A DNA stretch of 64,000 nt from positions 248,001-312,000 of the forward strand of contig JBNJNM010000013.1 of the NCBI GenBank assembly GCA_052426225.1, given 5' to 3'. The position numbers were made by a program, and so were the translations under genes. Positions 55,068 to 64,000 of the stretch are shown one piece after another. The notes under the pieces were generated by a model. That model did no database searches. It was not told where the DNA came from and saw only the letters and a program-made list of their open reading frames with translations. This stretch comes from Zancudomyces culisetae HAW-14-8. Lineage: Eukaryota; Fungi; Kickxellomycota. Each line of letters starts with the position of its first letter. Position 1 is the first letter of the stretch.

Positions 55068-57810
55068 TTTAGCTTTATTTTTGTCTTTTTTAACTACAAT
55101 TTATCTTGTTGTGTATACTTGAATACAATAAAAAATGATTTTCTTCTAGTAACAATAATCAATTTATTCTATTTTTTTTTATTACAAACAAGTTAGCATA
55201 TGCTAAAAGCTTTAATTCACCATAAAACGATTGTACTTGACACAATTTAGTATCTACGAGTTTTTTTTTTGGAGAATATCTAGCTATTTTTCCTTTCATT
55301 CAACTTTCATCCCCAAATAACACAAGTAAGGCTACAACACCTATTGTGGTTGTTGATATTTTGCCAATATATATAAAACCGCATTTATAGAAATATCGTA
55401 ATGTGGTTTCTACGAATTCTTCGCCATTTTCCTAAAACAAATTACTAAATACAAAATAACTCATGCAAAAGAATGCGAGAATCATCATGCTTTGTGTAAA
55501 TACCTACTAACGAGCAAAGTGTTTGACATGCTAGATTATTTTCATTAGCTTGTGTTATGAATTGGTAAGCAAATATGCATGTATTGACAACTACAGCCGT
55601 AAAAACAACATGTACTATTTCCTTTTGAACCAAAAAAACAATAACCAACTGACACACATACACAAGGTCAACTCGACATAGGTTTGAGTAATTGATGCTA
55701 GTATTAACTTTTTCAATAATGATAAGGTGACTCGGATGTTTCCAAGCCAGGACAAGACGCAAAATGTGATTTACCGTGGCATTCACTGACACATAAACTA
55801 CAGTCAATTAAAATGCATAAAGATCAAATGTCTGGGTTTATTCCACGAGTTTGTTTAATATTGAAATACACAAATTAAAAGTGAAATAACCTATAGAACT
55901 CACATAACAAGCTACGACATCCTAATTAAATGGTCTAATATTATTACATCTATAGTTGTTTAATATTGACATTATTGCAAACTAGAAATGTAAATGTATG
56001 ATTTATTAATCTCTATATGCTACTTTTGTGTCTCAGCATCGAATAGGCTAGTGATAACATTAATATTATAGTCATGTATATTTAAAATAATAATCTCGCA
56101 AGTGCACTGGTATTTCTGGTTTTCCGCATTCTAATGTCTTTTGAATTTTTGTCCAAGGGTAGATGCACTTATTGACGGGGTATTGATAGCAAAATAGGCT
56201 ATTCTACATCTATTATAGCCTGTAAATAGCTGGACATCAAGATATGTTGCAACCAATATTCACCCAAAGTTAGTATTTAAGAATATAATTGATTAATTAT
56301 TTCATCTATCTATATTGCGCATATCTTCAATACATCATGAGTTCAGCTATAAAAAAACAACAGAAATCAATATAAATTAACTTGAATAATAAACATGTCC
56401 AATTCCACTGAGCTCAGATTATGCTGTCTTTTTTATTTAGTCTTTTTTAATAACACAACTATTTATGAAGATTTTTCAATTTCATAGATATTTAGGTTCA
56501 TTGAGTTTTTTTTTTCATTGAGCTTTTAGTTCCATGGAATTTTCAGGGGTTCCAGAAAACTGAAGTAGCCAAGACTTAGTTCCATCAAGCAGTTTTGCTG
56601 TATTTATCTAATTGCGATTTAATGAATTTCTGTTAAATCCATTCCCTGGAGTAGGAAGCTAATTCGTTTGATGTGTATTTTTCGAAACGTTTTATTTTTT
56701 TAAGCATTTTTTGGTGTATTTCATGAGCTAAAAAAAAAGATTTAGGTATACTAGCTATTAACTTCAGATGCGCAGAATTAATGAAATTAGTGAAATGTGC
56801 TAGCACAAAACATAATAAATGGTCAAACAAATGTGCCCAATTAACGAAACTTTTGGGCAACAAAAAGCATGGAATGTGATTTATAAACAGTCATCCCATT
56901 AATAAAAGCTTTTGTGATGTTTGCTTTGTAAATCCAAGTAAAAAAATAAATACAATTACCAAACTATTGTCATAGTCGACAGTAAAAATTCTCGATAATA
57001 AATATTAATGTAAATTGGATAACTTTCAGGGAGTCGAGGTAAGAAAAATATCAAGAAAAGACTTGGAAAAGCAGTTAGAAAATTAATTAGTAGTTTTGCA
57101 GTAAGTTATTAGAGTTTTTAAGAAAGGTATATCTAAATAAATACTGTAATCAAACTATATTGGAGATAGTTTGATTTTATTTGATAATAAATGTCTTGTC
57201 AATGAAAAACTGCAGATTTTCCTATTCATTTCATGAGCATTATCAAATCTAAACTAATTCAGTCTAAGCACGATAGTCGTAAATAATAAAACACATCCTT
57301 TAGCAAAGACAATAATTTATAAATATATCACCATCAAGAGATCGATAGTTTTCAATATTCAATGCAACGCTAGCTTTCGCAGTTTTGAACTGACTTTAGC
57401 TCTAACCAATAGTATGCAAAGGTAATATCTTTCGTTTCCTAAATAAGAACTGTGAGTGTAGACCTAAATCTTGTTATTGTTTTGAATAGTTATGATAAAG
57501 TATACAACTCCCACTTTAAATCTTAGCGTTCAATAGGTTTGGAAAATAAAATAAAATGTTGGGTAAGAACAACAAAGCTTCAACCAACAATTGGTGGATA
57601 TACCAGCACTTGCTTACATTTTAAAACTGCATATTGCCAATTTTCGAATATAGCTAATTAATGAGAATAAATTAAGGCACTCATTAAAACATCTATTGCC
57701 TATCCAATACCAAATACCAATCATTGCTTCATTTACTAAGAGTGTTCGTACACAAGTTTAGCAAGGTTCAAGATAAAGCAATGAGAGAGCATAGGGTCCA
57801 CTAAAAATGG

Positions 57811-57820
57811 TATATAAAAG
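57811..57820 (+). promoter_or_regulatory. TATA box of the secreted repeat-protein gene
   Basis: TATATAAAAG about 105 bp upstream of ATG 57916. Confidence 0.55.
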
Positions 57821-57915
57821 GTGCCGAAAAGACCCACTTTGTTTCAACAACTCGTCTTTACAAAAACCCACTCCTTATTTCCTTTATAGTACTCGTTAAG
57901 AAAAACTAACTTATA

Positions 57916-60900
57916 ATGAAGATAAGCACATTATACGGTGCCTTATACACCACACTCCTTACTACTTCAGTATTGGCTGGAGAAGTACAGGGAAAAAGAG
58001 CAGTACGTAACATTGAAAACCTCCACAAGAGAGAAGCAGCCAGGCTATTGCGCAGACAGGCCGCTGTACAAACTATAACCATTCCTGGCTTTACAGCCGA
58101 TGGTAAGACTGGTCCAGGAACTACAGTTGGTGCTGTGGCCGTTGCTGAACCTGAGTCGTCTGAGTCCACACCTGAGCCATCTGAGTCCACACCTGAGCCG
58201 TCTGAGTCCACACCTGAGTCGTCTGAGTCCACACTTGAGTCATCTGAGTCCACACCTGAGTCGTCTGAGTCCACACCTGAGCCGTCTGAGTCCACACCTG
58301 AGCCGTCTGAGTCCACACCTGAGTCATCTGAGTCCACACCTGAGCCGTCTGAGTCCACACCTGAGCCGTCTGAGTCCACACCTGAGCCGTCTGAGTCCAC
58401 ACCTGAGTCGTCTGAGTCCACACTTGAGCCGTCTGAGTCCACACTTGAGCCGTCTGAGTCCACACTTGAGCCGTCTGAGTCCACACCTGAGTCATCTGAG
58501 TCCACACCTGAGCCGTCTGAGTCCACACCTGAGCCGTCTGAGTCCACACCTGAGTCATCTGAGTCCACACCTGAGCCGTCTGAGTCCACACCTGAGTCAT
58601 CTGAGTCCACACCTGAGCCGTCTGAGTCCACACCTGAGTCGTCTGAGTCCACACTTGAGTCATCTGAGTCCACACCTGAGTCGTCTGAGTCCACACCTGA
58701 GCCGTCTGAGTCCACACCTGAGCTGTCTGAGTCCACACTTGAGCCGTCTGAGTCCACACTTGAGTCATCTGAGTCCACACCTGAGTCGTCTGAGTCCACA
58801 CCTGAGTCGTCTGAGTCCACACCTGAGTCATCTGAGTCCACACCTGAGCCGTCTGAGTCCACACCTGAGTCATCTGAGTCCACACCTGAGCCGTCTGAGT
58901 CCACACCTGAGTCGTCTGAGTCCACACTTGAGCCGTCTGAGTCCACACTTGAGCCGTCTGAGTCCACACCTGAGTCGTCTGAGTCCACACCTGAGCCGTC
59001 TGAGTCCACACCTGAGCTGTCTGAGTCCACACTTGAGCCGTCTGAGTCCACAACTGATACCACAGCTGAAACCACATCTTCAGTACCAACCACACCTTCA
59101 GGCTTGACTTTAGGTCAATTCTTGGCTGCATTGAATGGTCTTGGAGTACCTGGAGTACCATCTTTGGACGAACTCAATGCTTTACTTGGTATTTCACTAT
59201 CAGCTGATATGTCAATTGCTGATTTCTTGGATGTACTTGCTCAGTTGGGTTTGGATTTGATTCCAGCTGAAATTTTTGAATGGCTCCAAGATCCAGGTGC
59301 TCATCTACGTGAATTGATTGAATTTATCACTGAATGGCTTAGAAGAATACGCGATCACCACAGACCAACTACGACACCTACACAAACTTCAACAGAAACC
59401 TCAACAGAAACTTCAACAGAAACTTCAGCAGAAACCTCAACAGAAACCTCAACAGAAACCTCAACAGAAACCTCAACAGAAACCTCAACAGAAACCTCAA
59501 CAGAAACCTCAACAGAAACCTCAGCAGAAACCTCAGCAGAAACCACAGCTGATACCACAGCTGAAACCACATCTTCAGTACCAACCACACCTTCAGGCTT
59601 GACTTTAGGTCAATTCTTGGCTGCATTGAATGGTCTTGGAGTACCTGGAGTACCATCTTTGGACGAACTCAATGCTTTACTTGGTATTTCACTATCAGCT
59701 GATATGTCAATTGCTGATTTCTTGGATGTACTTGCTCAGTTGGGTTTGGATTTGATTCCAGCTGAAATTTTTGAATGGCTCCAAGATCCAGCAGCCCATC
59801 AAGATCAATTGATTGAGTTTATCACTGAATGGCTTAGAAGAATACTCGAATACCACAGACCAACTACAACACCTACAGGCTACCCAACTGTCGCTCCAAC
59901 CACTGGCTACCCAACTGTTGCTCCAACAACAGGCTACCCAACTGTCGCTCCAACAACAGGCTACCCAACTGTCGCTCCAACAACAGGCTACCCAACCGTC
60001 GCTCCAACAACAGGCTATTCAACTGTCGCTCCAACCACTGGCTACCCAACTGTTGCTCCAACAACAGGCTACCCAACTGTCGCTCCAACAACAGGCTACC
60101 CAACTGTTGCTCCAACAACAGGCTACCCAACCGTCGCTCCAACAACAGGCTACCCAACTGTCGCTCCAACAACAGGCTATCCAACTGTCGCTCCAACCAC
60201 TGGCTACCCAACTGTTGCTCCAACAACAGGCTACCCAACTGTCGCTCCAACCACTGGCTACCCAACTGTTGCTCCAACAACAGGCTACCCAACTGTTGCT
60301 CCAACAACAGGCTATCCAACTGTCGCTCCAACAACAGGCTATCCAACTGTCGCTCCAACAACAGGCTACCCAACTGTCGCTCCAACAACAGGCTACCCAA
60401 CTGTCGCTCCAACAACAGGCTACCCAACTGTCGCTCCAACAACAGGCTACCCAACCGTCGCTCCAACAACAGGCTATCCAACTGTCGCTCCAACCACTGG
60501 CTACCCAACTGTTGCTCCAACAACAGGCTACCCAACTGTTGCTCCAACAACAGGCTATCCAACTGTCGCTCCAACCACCGGATACCCAACTGTTGCACCA
60601 ACCTACACTAGCAACCCAATCACCACGTATATTCCATGTGTCCCAACCACTACCACATCAACTGCATATCCAACTGCCCCAACTACCATCACCACCACTG
60701 TTACAGTTCCAGGATGCCACTACTGCACTGTTGTGACAACCATCACTGTTACTCCAAACACCACAGGAACCCCAGGTTGTGAAACTGAACCAGTAACCGT
60801 AACTGTTACTCCAAGCACCCCAGGATGTACTTACTGTACCGTCCCAAGCACCATTACCTACACACCTAGCCCAACAACTGCAACTGTGACTGTATACCCT

Positions 60901-61365
60901 ACCGCACCAACCACCATTACAATCACCCCAAGCACTCCAGGATGTACTTACTGCACTGTACCAACCACCATTACTTATACTCCAGTCCCAACTACAACCA
61001 CCTACACTTCTGGCCCAACAGTAGTAACCACAACAGTATATCCTACCACATCAATCACAATCACTGTCTACCCACCAGCACCACCAACCGTTGCACCAAC
61101 CACTGGATATCCAACTGTTGCACCAACCCCAGCACCAGAATGTGTCTGCCCAGTTGCCCCCAAGCCAACAAACTGTGTTCCAGTTACTCAATACCTAGCA
61201 ACGGTTACTGTAACTCCAACCGTCACAGTCACAGCCAGCTGTGAAGTAGTGACATACTACCCAACTGCCAAGACAACAACCACCACTACTACCTCATCTG
61301 AAGATACTGAGATTTGTGTCACAGAGGCTGTAACATCCACAGTTGTTGTGACTGCAGCATACTAA
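57916..61365 (+). CDS. Secreted mucin/adhesin-like repeat protein, 1149 aa
   Basis: Signal peptide MKISTLYGALYTTLLTTSVLA, KR/RR sites, ESTPE(P/S)S repeats, duplicated hydrophobic domain, GYPTVAPTT repeats, TPGCTYCTV Cys/Thr repeats. Confidence 0.9.
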   Translation: MKISTLYGALYTTLLTTSVLAGEVQGKRAVRNIENLHKREAARLLRRQAAVQTITIPGFTADGKTGPGTTVGAVAVAEPESSESTPEPSESTPEPSESTPESSESTLESSESTPESSESTPEPSESTPEPSESTPESSESTPEPSESTPEPSESTPEPSESTPESSESTLEPSESTLEPSESTLEPSESTPESSESTPEPSESTPEPSESTPESSESTPEPSESTPESSESTPEPSESTPESSESTLESSESTPESSESTPEPSESTPELSESTLEPSESTLESSESTPESSESTPESSESTPESSESTPEPSESTPESSESTPEPSESTPESSESTLEPSESTLEPSESTPESSESTPEPSESTPELSESTLEPSESTTDTTAETTSSVPTTPSGLTLGQFLAALNGLGVPGVPSLDELNALLGISLSADMSIADFLDVLAQLGLDLIPAEIFEWLQDPGAHLRELIEFITEWLRRIRDHHRPTTTPTQTSTETSTETSTETSAETSTETSTETSTETSTETSTETSTETSTETSAETSAETTADTTAETTSSVPTTPSGLTLGQFLAALNGLGVPGVPSLDELNALLGISLSADMSIADFLDVLAQLGLDLIPAEIFEWLQDPAAHQDQLIEFITEWLRRILEYHRPTTTPTGYPTVAPTTGYPTVAPTTGYPTVAPTTGYPTVAPTTGYPTVAPTTGYSTVAPTTGYPTVAPTTGYPTVAPTTGYPTVAPTTGYPTVAPTTGYPTVAPTTGYPTVAPTTGYPTVAPTTGYPTVAPTTGYPTVAPTTGYPTVAPTTGYPTVAPTTGYPTVAPTTGYPTVAPTTGYPTVAPTTGYPTVAPTTGYPTVAPTTGYPTVAPTTGYPTVAPTTGYPTVAPTTGYPTVAPTTGYPTVAPTYTSNPITTYIPCVPTTTTSTAYPTAPTTITTTVTVPGCHYCTVVTTITVTPNTTGTPGCETEPVTVTVTPSTPGCTYCTVPSTITYTPSPTTATVTVYPTAPTTITITPSTPGCTYCTVPTTITYTPVPTTTTYTSGPTVVTTTVYPTTSITITVYPPAPPTVAPTTGYPTVAPTPAPECVCPVAPKPTNCVPVTQYLATVTVTPTVTVTASCEVVTYYPTAKTTTTTTTSSEDTEICVTEAVTSTVVVTAAY
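58147..59050 (+). repeat. Coding 21-bp minisatellite, about 43 units
   Basis: Unit CCTGAG(C/T)C(G/A)TCTGAGTCCACA. Confidence 0.95.
59383..59550 (+). repeat. Coding 12-bp repeat (TSTE), about 13 units
   Basis: Unit ACCTCAACAGAA. Confidence 0.9.
59878..60603 (+). repeat. Coding 27-bp minisatellite (GYPTVAPTT), about 27 units
   Basis: Unit GGCTACCCAACTGTCGCTCCAACAACA. Confidence 0.95.
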
Positions 61366-61669
61366 CTACTAATTTAATACACCTGGTCCTAGCTACATGA
61401 TTTTATCCAATTAATATATCTAATTTTTTTGATAGCTATTAGTTTGTTTTTTTGATTGTAGTTGAGGTAAATAAATACATTTATTTCTGGTAGATGAGGC
61501 TAATAGCAAGTTTATTGGAACAATCCATGAAGACTATATATTTGGTTTGATTATAGGTAAAGGATATACTCAATGAGTTTAATTATCATTAGAGTATTCA
61601 GTAATGGGACTATTTTGTGATTTCCAGACATAATTGACAATGCAATGCGAACGATGATGAGAGCGGGTA

Positions 61670-62578
61670 AACCTGTGCATTGAATAGGTTGCGAAATGAA
61701 CTTGGAATTCCCACAGTAAATCTAAAAGCTAGTGCGGCACGGGAAAGAGCAATTCTGAAATGGCCGACACTGAAAACATGGATTGCAGATTTAATTTTAA
61801 ACTCAATGTCAAACAGATCCAACACTTGGGTTACGGGGACGAAAAAATGGATGAAAAAATATATTGGATCGGAGAAGGATAAAACAGCGAGAAGCGTACT
61901 ATTAGAACGATACTCTCGTAATGACAAGTCTAAAATCTCGAGATGGTTATTAGACAGGAATCTCGAGGGAATGAGCAATTGGATTTACCTACAACTTATA
62001 TACCCTGAGCATAAGCAAGGGCTTATAGAGATAGGGAGGATAAGAACAGATAGGTTTTGAACAGCAGAGAGGCTGGCAAAGTTGGGAACAATAGATGAAA
62101 AGTTCAAGACCAGGTGCCCATTTTGTAAAAAAAATAGCGCAGAAACCATTGAGCACATGTTACTGGACTGTAAATACTGGGCTGGAGTTAGGTATAAAAC
62201 TCTGGAACGTATCCCAGATATGTCAATTATAGGAAGTCAGGAGAGAGGTAGTAGTGAAGGATGGCGGAATTTTTTTGTAGGGCGACTCCTTGGAGGGGAG
62301 TCAAAAAGAATGGTTACTCTCTCCGTTGAGAAGAGAGAAACCGAAGCACCGTCTTTGGTTGAGCTGGTGACGGCACAATTTTTGAACGGAATATGTCGAA
62401 CGAGGATGCAAGTCTTAGACCGACTTAGATCAGAAACAACCTCCTTGAACCAACGCCCGGTGGGTATGGAGTCCCTAGAGGGACGGAGGGGAATTGGTTA
62501 GGTAGATATTTTATAGGACTATTTTTTGTAGTTTTATGGGATATTTATTTAATAAATTCATCTAGCAGAAAAAAAAAA
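61670..62578 (+). mobile_element. Second 5'-truncated copy of the LINE 3' end, with poly(A)
   Basis: Near-identical to 15587-16438 but about 45 bp longer at the 5' end; TGG>TGA at 62058-62060; A10 tail. Confidence 0.88.
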
Positions 62579-63783
62579 GATACTCTTGGAAAATAAGGAG
62601 GAGAATGAGAATGAGATCAAGATTCCGAGCACACTGGAAATAAACGGAATCAAAGTAGCAATGTTCTGGAAGGGCTGCGACCCAATGTGTACCTACTGTA
62701 AAGGGCAAGGTCACTGGAAGAACGACTGTCCCGAGCTTGAAAGGAAAGTGGAGGAGCAAATAATTGCCAGACACGAGAGGAAAGCAAAGAAGCAGGCGAT
62801 GAAGGAGTTTACAGCTAGAGTAAAAGCAAAACTTGGACCAGTGAAGGCGGTACAAGTACAGACACCTAGATTGGATCCTGGAATGAACCAACAAAGGGAT
62901 ATGAGCGTACAGCAAGAGGCTAGAATGATGCCACAGAGTGAACATACGGCCTCTAACACAGTAGGGACAAACCTACAACAGGCCAAAGGAAAAGGCTTGA
63001 AGCTTACTACGATGACCAGTAGTAGTTTTAATAGTGTTAATAGCGTTGGTAGCTTTAATAATACTAAACAAACTGGTTCAAATAAAACTATTATATCAGA
63101 AGAACTATCTTTTGTAGAACAAATTAGCAGAGAGGAGTACGAAAAGAGAAAGGCAAAGGGACAATAATACACCTCTAAAACAAAGATAGTATACCCTAAC
63201 TTACCTACCGAAAAACGAGTAGCACCACTAAATACTACACCAGATCACGTGACCACTGCACCAGCTCAGCCAGATTCGAGATTCGAATTTCGAAATGAGG
63301 AGGGTGCGATAAACGCTGATTCGTTTACAGGGGTTAGAAAACCCCAAACCCGACACCCTAAGGTGATCGACTCAAACCCATCGAGCGAGGGTGTGCAGAT
63401 GGACGAAGATTCAGAATCCGAAATGAGTTGGGAAAAAAGTGGCCAGGTGGGGATTCGAACCCAGGACCACACTCAGGGCGAATTTCAGGATGCACTGAGT
63501 CATGGCGCTGAGTCTAGCGACAATGAGGAGGGTGAAATTAGGGAAGACTAATCACCAAATCTCGACTCAGCGGGGACCAAATGTGTCAGAAATGACCACT
63601 TGGGGACCCCAAAAATTACCATTAATACACGCAGAAATGATCAATAAGGACACTGGACAACAGGAAAAAAGGGATAACAGGAGACAAAAACTCCTGTTAT
63701 GGAACATTGATGAGCTCAAAACGAGCTCAGTAAAGCAAGCAATAATGTATCAAGTGGGAATCGATCCTATACCTTCCGAATAA
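62579..63783 (+). mobile_element. Fragment of a LINE ORF1 (gag-like), decayed downstream
   Basis: IPSTLEING..FWKG...CTYCKGQGHWKNDC single knuckle in L1/Tx1-type ORF1 context, followed by broken low-complexity ORFs. Confidence 0.6.
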
Positions 63784-63834
63784 AAAGGATTAGGCAGTAC
63801 AACAAGCGATATAGGTACGAAATAACAAACAGAA

Positions 63835-63893
63835 TGTTGTATAATTAAATTTTACTTATAATTATTTATATTTTTCTTATTTACAGTGAGTTT
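63835..63893. repeat. Fragment matching the terminus of LTR J
   Basis: About 58-bp near-perfect match to 53319-53377. Confidence 0.75.
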
Positions 63894-64000
63894 CAAAAAT
63901 GTCTCAAAATAATGATAATAATTTTCAAAGTGTAATATCTCGCTCAATAAAATCCAGAAATTAGATAATTTTATATAATATAATGCACAATTGGTATAAT

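Noticed and set aside
58147-60603. CRISPR-like appearance of regular repeats
   Set aside because: Head-to-tail coding tandem repeats with no unique spacers and no cas genes.
57906-60736. Long alternative-frame and antisense ORFs (VDSDGS, LSPHLSR, VWTQTAQ, LQQQATQ)
   Set aside because: Shadows of stop-free 21-, 12- and 27-bp coding repeats.
63433-63510. Perfect B box GGTTCGAATCC followed by CCA and T6 on the minus strand
   Set aside because: No cloverleaf, weak A box, lies within a LINE ORF1-like frame; cannot be distinguished from chance.

Overview
AT-rich eukaryotic DNA, most likely from an early-diverging fungus (inference from short GT-AG introns and the gene and element families). Left arm: TFIIF-alpha (TFG1, runs off the window), a 5-exon GNL1/Lsg1-family GTPase with a 14-nt micro-exon, CDC23/APC8, a 1766-aa LIM protein and a 5'-truncated LINE. 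Centre (18.5-54 kb): one tRNA-Gln(TTG) gene with an uninterrupted ~35-kb stack of ten Ty3/Gypsy insertions directly upstream (five two-LTR elements and five solo LTRs, all with different LTR sequences). Their overlapping 4-bp TSDs all map 4-11 bp upstream of the mature tRNA, so insertion order can be reconstructed, and damage increases away from the tRNA. Two other elements with 5-bp TSDs are nested inside the stack. One is a self-priming chromovirus whose 3' UTR carries an antisense tRNA-like Pol III unit with a structured RNA body. Removing the stack in silico puts the real tRNA-Gln, plus an ~800-bp imperfect hairpin, in the same position relative to a chromovirus-type PPT+LTR, suggesting the landing-pad tRNA may itself be retroelement cargo. 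Right arm: a secreted mucin/adhesin-like repeat protein and LINE fragments. All alignments were done by eye.
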